Shown here: positions 32,026 to 34,754 of the stretch, one piece after another
How positions within the stretch are numbered: the stretch's first letter is position 1
Layout of the letters: each line of letters opens with the position of its first letter
Source: an uncultured Clostridia bacterium
Lineage (GTDB): Bacteria; Bacillota; Clostridia; Oscillospirales; Oscillospiraceae
Assembly: GCA_947169005.1 (NCBI GenBank)
Contig: CAMVOG010000001.1
Location: 1 to 34,754, forward strand
Reading direction: 5' to 3'
DNA: 34,754 nucleotides
Notes under the pieces: generated by a model
Database searches by the model: none
What the model was told of the DNA's origin: nothing
Seen by the model: only the letters and a program-made list of their open reading frames with translations
Made by a program: the position numbers and the translations under genes

Positions 32026-32048
32026 TGGCGGAGAAGGAGGGATTCGAA
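32026..32048 (-). other. tRNA 3'-end fragment (T-loop to CCA); probable attachment-site copy
   Basis: The minus strand reads TTCGAAT-CCCTC-CTTCTCC-G-CCA. There is no matching T-stem 5' half, D arm or anticodon arm. GC content drops immediately to the right. Confidence 0.6.
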
Positions 32049-32214
32049 GTCAAAAGGCGGAGAATTATATATCTTTTTGCGTCTAATACGTGCTATTTTA
32101 ATTAAAAATCAGAGGAATTTCGTACAAGTCAATCCAAGCCGTCCATTCTGTTTTATTCTGTAAGTGGTCAAATAAGTGGTCAGGCCAAGAGGCCAAAAAT
32201 GGAGGAGACGGTTT

Positions 32215-32592
32215 ATGAATACTGTGAATACGATTACCTATCACCGGGAGGGTGATTATCTGCTTCCGGACCTCATTCCGCCCGCGTCGCCGAGAATCGG
32301 CGTCTGGGGCATTAGATGCCGGGAGCACCTGCGGAAGCATCACGATGGCCTTTATACCGGGCTGCTTCTCAGCGGGAAACTGAACGCCCATTTGGAAGAG
32401 ATCGACCGCTCAGCCAGTGAGATGTTCGATCTACTGATCCAGCAGTACGCCGAGCGCGAGGGCGTGACAGAAGAGCTGAAGGCCCTGGATCAGATTGAGT
32501 GGGTCAGGAGGATGAATAGTATCCGGGAACGGGTGGAAAGAGTGGTGGCATCAGAATTTTTAGATTTAGATAATGATATAGATATCGAATAA
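32215..32592 (+). CDS. tnpV: TnpV-family transposon-associated protein
   Basis: 125 aa from ATG 32215, which follows GGAGGAG. 'ITYHREGDYLLPDLIPP...IGVWGIRCREHLRKHHDGLYTGLLLSGKLNAHLEEIDRSASEMF' matches the Tn4451-type TnpV pattern. Confidence 0.8.
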   Translation: MNTVNTITYHREGDYLLPDLIPPASPRIGVWGIRCREHLRKHHDGLYTGLLLSGKLNAHLEEIDRSASEMFDLLIQQYAEREGVTEELKALDQIEWVRRMNSIRERVERVVASEFLDLDNDIDIE

Positions 32593-32602
32593 ACCAGTAA
32601 CG

Positions 32603-32652
32603 ACCGGCGACGCTTAAAACTAACTGCTTCGCCGGTTGCTTTTTATTGTTTT
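32603..32652 (+). terminator. Hairpin terminator after tnpV
   Basis: Stem 32603..32613 / 32626..32636 (one mismatch) followed by TGCTTTTTATTGTTTT. It overlaps the 3' end of the convergent gene. Confidence 0.45.
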
Positions 32653-33183
32653 CTTGTTTTTTTGGCGTGGAACGGAAGATACATTTGCGCCTTGACTTGG
32701 CCCCGGTGTATCGTCCTGAATTAGAGTAGCATTAAGCATCGCGGTAATTAAGAACTTCATTATTAAACACATGAGGAATATGTTATACAAAAACAGGGAA
32801 ACTGCTATTGAAGAGGCAACCTTCAGCAGAACAAGGTAACTGCCAGGGAACGCAATTTGTATTGCTGAGATATCTGGCTTAAGCAGGTAGAGGGAACTTA
32901 TCAAGATTGTAATTACACTACATACTCCAGCGATTCTTAGATACGTTGCTAAAACCCCTAGCATTGATTTTGTAGAATTCTCAGAATCTACCATTTTCTT
33001 GAGAGATCGAGAAAAAGCGCTCCCCAGTAGAGTTGATGCTGCGGAGACATAGACCGCAAGCTCGATGGAAGCAACAGTCAATGCCGCCTCGGCAACAAAG
33101 GAATAGCGAAGCTGGAATACTAGTCCTGCTGCAATAGCAACACATAAAACTAAAAGAGATTGTATTTTGTGACGCTTATACAT
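32620..33183 (-). CDS. 4-TM membrane protein with a basic C-terminal tail, hypothetical
   Basis: 187 aa at about 40% GC. GAGGT precedes the ATG, and the start lies 4 nt after the upstream gene's stop. It has four long hydrophobic segments. Confidence 0.7.
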   Translation of the reverse strand: MYKRHKIQSLLVLCVAIAAGLVFQLRYSFVAEAALTVASIELAVYVSAASTLLGSAFSRSLKKMVDSENSTKSMLGVLATYLRIAGVCSVITILISSLYLLKPDISAIQIAFPGSYLVLLKVASSIAVSLFLYNIFLMCLIMKFLITAMLNATLIQDDTPGPSQGANVSSVPRQKNKKTIKSNRRSS

Positions 33184-33187
33184 AATT

Positions 33188-33970
33188 CTACCTCAGTTTT
33201 GCGAGTAGAGCGACTTTTACTTCTTGGGGATCATAATGCTCAGTTGCATCTTTGCGAACATCTATTTCAATTCTTTCAATAACGGATGAGAAATCAAATG
33301 TTTGCTCTATACCTTCGTCATTTGCTCCAATTACGATTATTTGTTCGTACTCATCGCGATGATGATGAAGTTTATCAATTAATGCCCTTCCTAAATGTAC
33401 AGGCGTATCCCCGTAGGATACTTTGAGCTGGAGTTTGTTCGGAATGTCCAATCCGCCATAATCGGATACCGCCTTAAAGATATCATTTTCCCGAGAAAAC
33501 ATATTATCGACCTGAGTAAAATGGAATCCTTTTATGGTTTTTATATGCGAGCAAAAATCGTCTACAGATGTATAAATGTTTCTTATCTGATATTCCTTTT
33601 GAGAGGCGTCAGAAAGGAAGTTCCGAAAAGCTGTTTTTGCCGCGAGAGGGCTGATGAACAGTCTTTCTCGCTTATTGTCATAGCACGCGAAATACTGTTG
33701 CCGAGGTTCAACTTGGTTTTGTGTCCGTGGATTTGGTTGTATTTCTCCCGTTGCTGAGTCAACAACATAGTCTGTAAACCTTATTGCATCATCATATTCA
33801 CAGGCAAGCCAAAAGAACCTATCATCAATCACTTCAGTACTTATCACGTAGAGATATTTTTGGTTATCTGGCTGATATATGCTCGTGTGATTTTCATGAA
33901 TGAATCTCAAGTCTGTGATGGTCGCAGCTCTTGTTCCCTCATAGTCAAGTAATAAAGTGCTAAACTTCAT
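33188..33970 (-). CDS. 260-aa cytoplasmic protein; no family recognised
   Basis: GGGGAGGG precedes ATG 33970. GC is low, the protein is soluble, and I see no catalytic motif. Confidence 0.75.
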   Translation of the reverse strand: MKFSTLLLDYEGTRAATITDLRFIHENHTSIYQPDNQKYLYVISTEVIDDRFFWLACEYDDAIRFTDYVVDSATGEIQPNPRTQNQVEPRQQYFACYDNKRERLFISPLAAKTAFRNFLSDASQKEYQIRNIYTSVDDFCSHIKTIKGFHFTQVDNMFSRENDIFKAVSDYGGLDIPNKLQLKVSYGDTPVHLGRALIDKLHHHRDEYEQIIVIGANDEGIEQTFDFSSVIERIEIDVRKDATEHYDPQEVKVALLAKLR

Positions 33971-34013
33971 GGCTTGCCCTCCCCAAGAATTGAAATGTGT
34001 TGAAGTGTAATTC

Positions 34014-34673
34014 CTATCTTTCCAGCCGGTGCCGGATATCGTTCAACCACTCGCCCTTGTATTTGAAATAGCGGGGACCGGCGATGGAGTATTTGCTGCC
34101 GGTGAGAAGCTGAGCTAAAGCAGAGAGCGAATAGGCTTGTCCCTGGTAGTCCACGGTCTTGTCGTCGATCACCGTGCATTTGATCTCCGGATTGTTGCAA
34201 TACTCGATCTGCTCCCCTGGCTGAATGCTGCACATAGAGAACCGAAACGGCGACTGGCGCTCTTTATGCTCGGCGTCGATCTCCTGCGCGGTCTCCTCCG
34301 CCTGGCGCTGCGCTTCATCCATGACGGCGAGCTTCAGCTTATCTCCGCGACCGTGGATCTCTGCTATAGCTTCCAGGATGGAATAGGCATCTTCCGGTGA
34401 CATGGCGTAGAACTCACGAATACGCTGCTTCCCGTTGAAGTTCTCGATGGACCGCAGGTTCGGATTCAGTTTGTCGATAATGCTATGGATCTTAAGATCG
34501 GAAAGCCGGGAGTTGACCTCATAGGTCGCGTAGACACGGAACGCAAACGGAATGCACTCGCTCCGGTTGAGCTGCTGTAAGCGCTTCTCAATATCGTCTG
34601 CATACCCGATTTTGACATACTCCGGGAAGGACGGGTTTGTCAGTATGTAAATAACGCCTGCTTGTTTATCCAT
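34014..34673 (-). CDS. T5orf172/GIY-YIG-like nuclease-domain protein with an extra C-terminal domain
   Basis: 219 aa. 'GVIYILTNPSFPEYVKIGYADDIEKRLQQLN...REFY' is typical of T5orf172 (GIY-YIG superfamily). AGGAG precedes the ATG. Confidence 0.8.
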   Translation of the reverse strand: MDKQAGVIYILTNPSFPEYVKIGYADDIEKRLQQLNRSECIPFAFRVYATYEVNSRLSDLKIHSIIDKLNPNLRSIENFNGKQRIREFYAMSPEDAYSILEAIAEIHGRGDKLKLAVMDEAQRQAEETAQEIDAEHKERQSPFRFSMCSIQPGEQIEYCNNPEIKCTVIDDKTVDYQGQAYSLSALAQLLTGSKYSIAGPRYFKYKGEWLNDIRHRLER

Positions 34674-34754
34674 GATAATTACTCCTGAAAAATCTTGAAT
34701 TAAGTACTATAGTCGCTACTTCTCTGGTAGTTTCGACCGTAGTTTCTCTGATAC

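Larger units (their letters stand above)
32049..34754. mobile_element. Left end of a low-GC integrative/mobilisable element (continues beyond the window)
   Basis: An abrupt GC drop starts at the tRNA fragment. The segment carries tnpV and low-GC cargo genes. No integrase lies within the window. Confidence 0.55.

Noticed and set aside
32026-32048. Intact tRNA gene
   Set aside because: Only the T-loop, T-stem 3' half, acceptor 3' half and CCA are present. The adjacent bases cannot form the T-stem 5' half, anticodon arm or D arm.
31562-32053. Alternative 163-aa minus-strand ORF overlapping the small membrane-protein gene
   Set aside because: It would run through the terminator hairpin and the tRNA fragment. 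The 110-aa frame has an SD and coherent TM segments.

Overview
High-GC (roughly 60-65% by eye) Clostridia-like chromosomal segment; the taxon is inferred from GGAGG Shine-Dalgarno sites, the housekeeping genes and a dockerin-bearing surface protein. It carries three lower-GC or foreign inserts.

Left part: ECF sigma factor translationally coupled to a partial partner gene, a hicAB toxin-antitoxin pair, cinA-thiI, and a low-GC islet with two zinc-ribbon proteins and an XRE regulator. These are followed by two heptamer repeat arrays, a cation:proton antiporter and purA-guaA.

Centre, the most unusual locus: a near-consensus sigma-A promoter drives a three-gene sensory operon (7-8 TM kinase-like protein with no visible phospho-acceptor His, HisKA_3-type histidine kinase, NarL/LuxR response regulator). 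A 340-bp palindrome-dense leader and an 8.8-kb gene follow. The gene encodes a 2,941-aa secreted protein whose first ~420 mature residues are about 20% cysteine in CxxC arrays and whose C-terminus is a dockerin.

Right part: a decayed prophage fragment abuts the 3' end of the giant gene. Next comes a convergent ~5.2-kb GH105/GH88-CnaB-CARDB-Ig surface-protein gene interrupted by one in-frame TGA, then a cluster of GC-rich REP-like palindromes and a small membrane protein. A 23-nt tRNA 3'-end fragment marks the edge of a low-GC integrative element. That element carries tnpV and a three-gene cassette (T5orf172/GIY-YIG protein, unrecognised 260-aa protein, 4-TM protein) that looks like a candidate defence module.

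Most long ORFs antisense to these genes are high-GC shadow ORFs. All calls come from reading the sequence and translations by eye; no searches were run.
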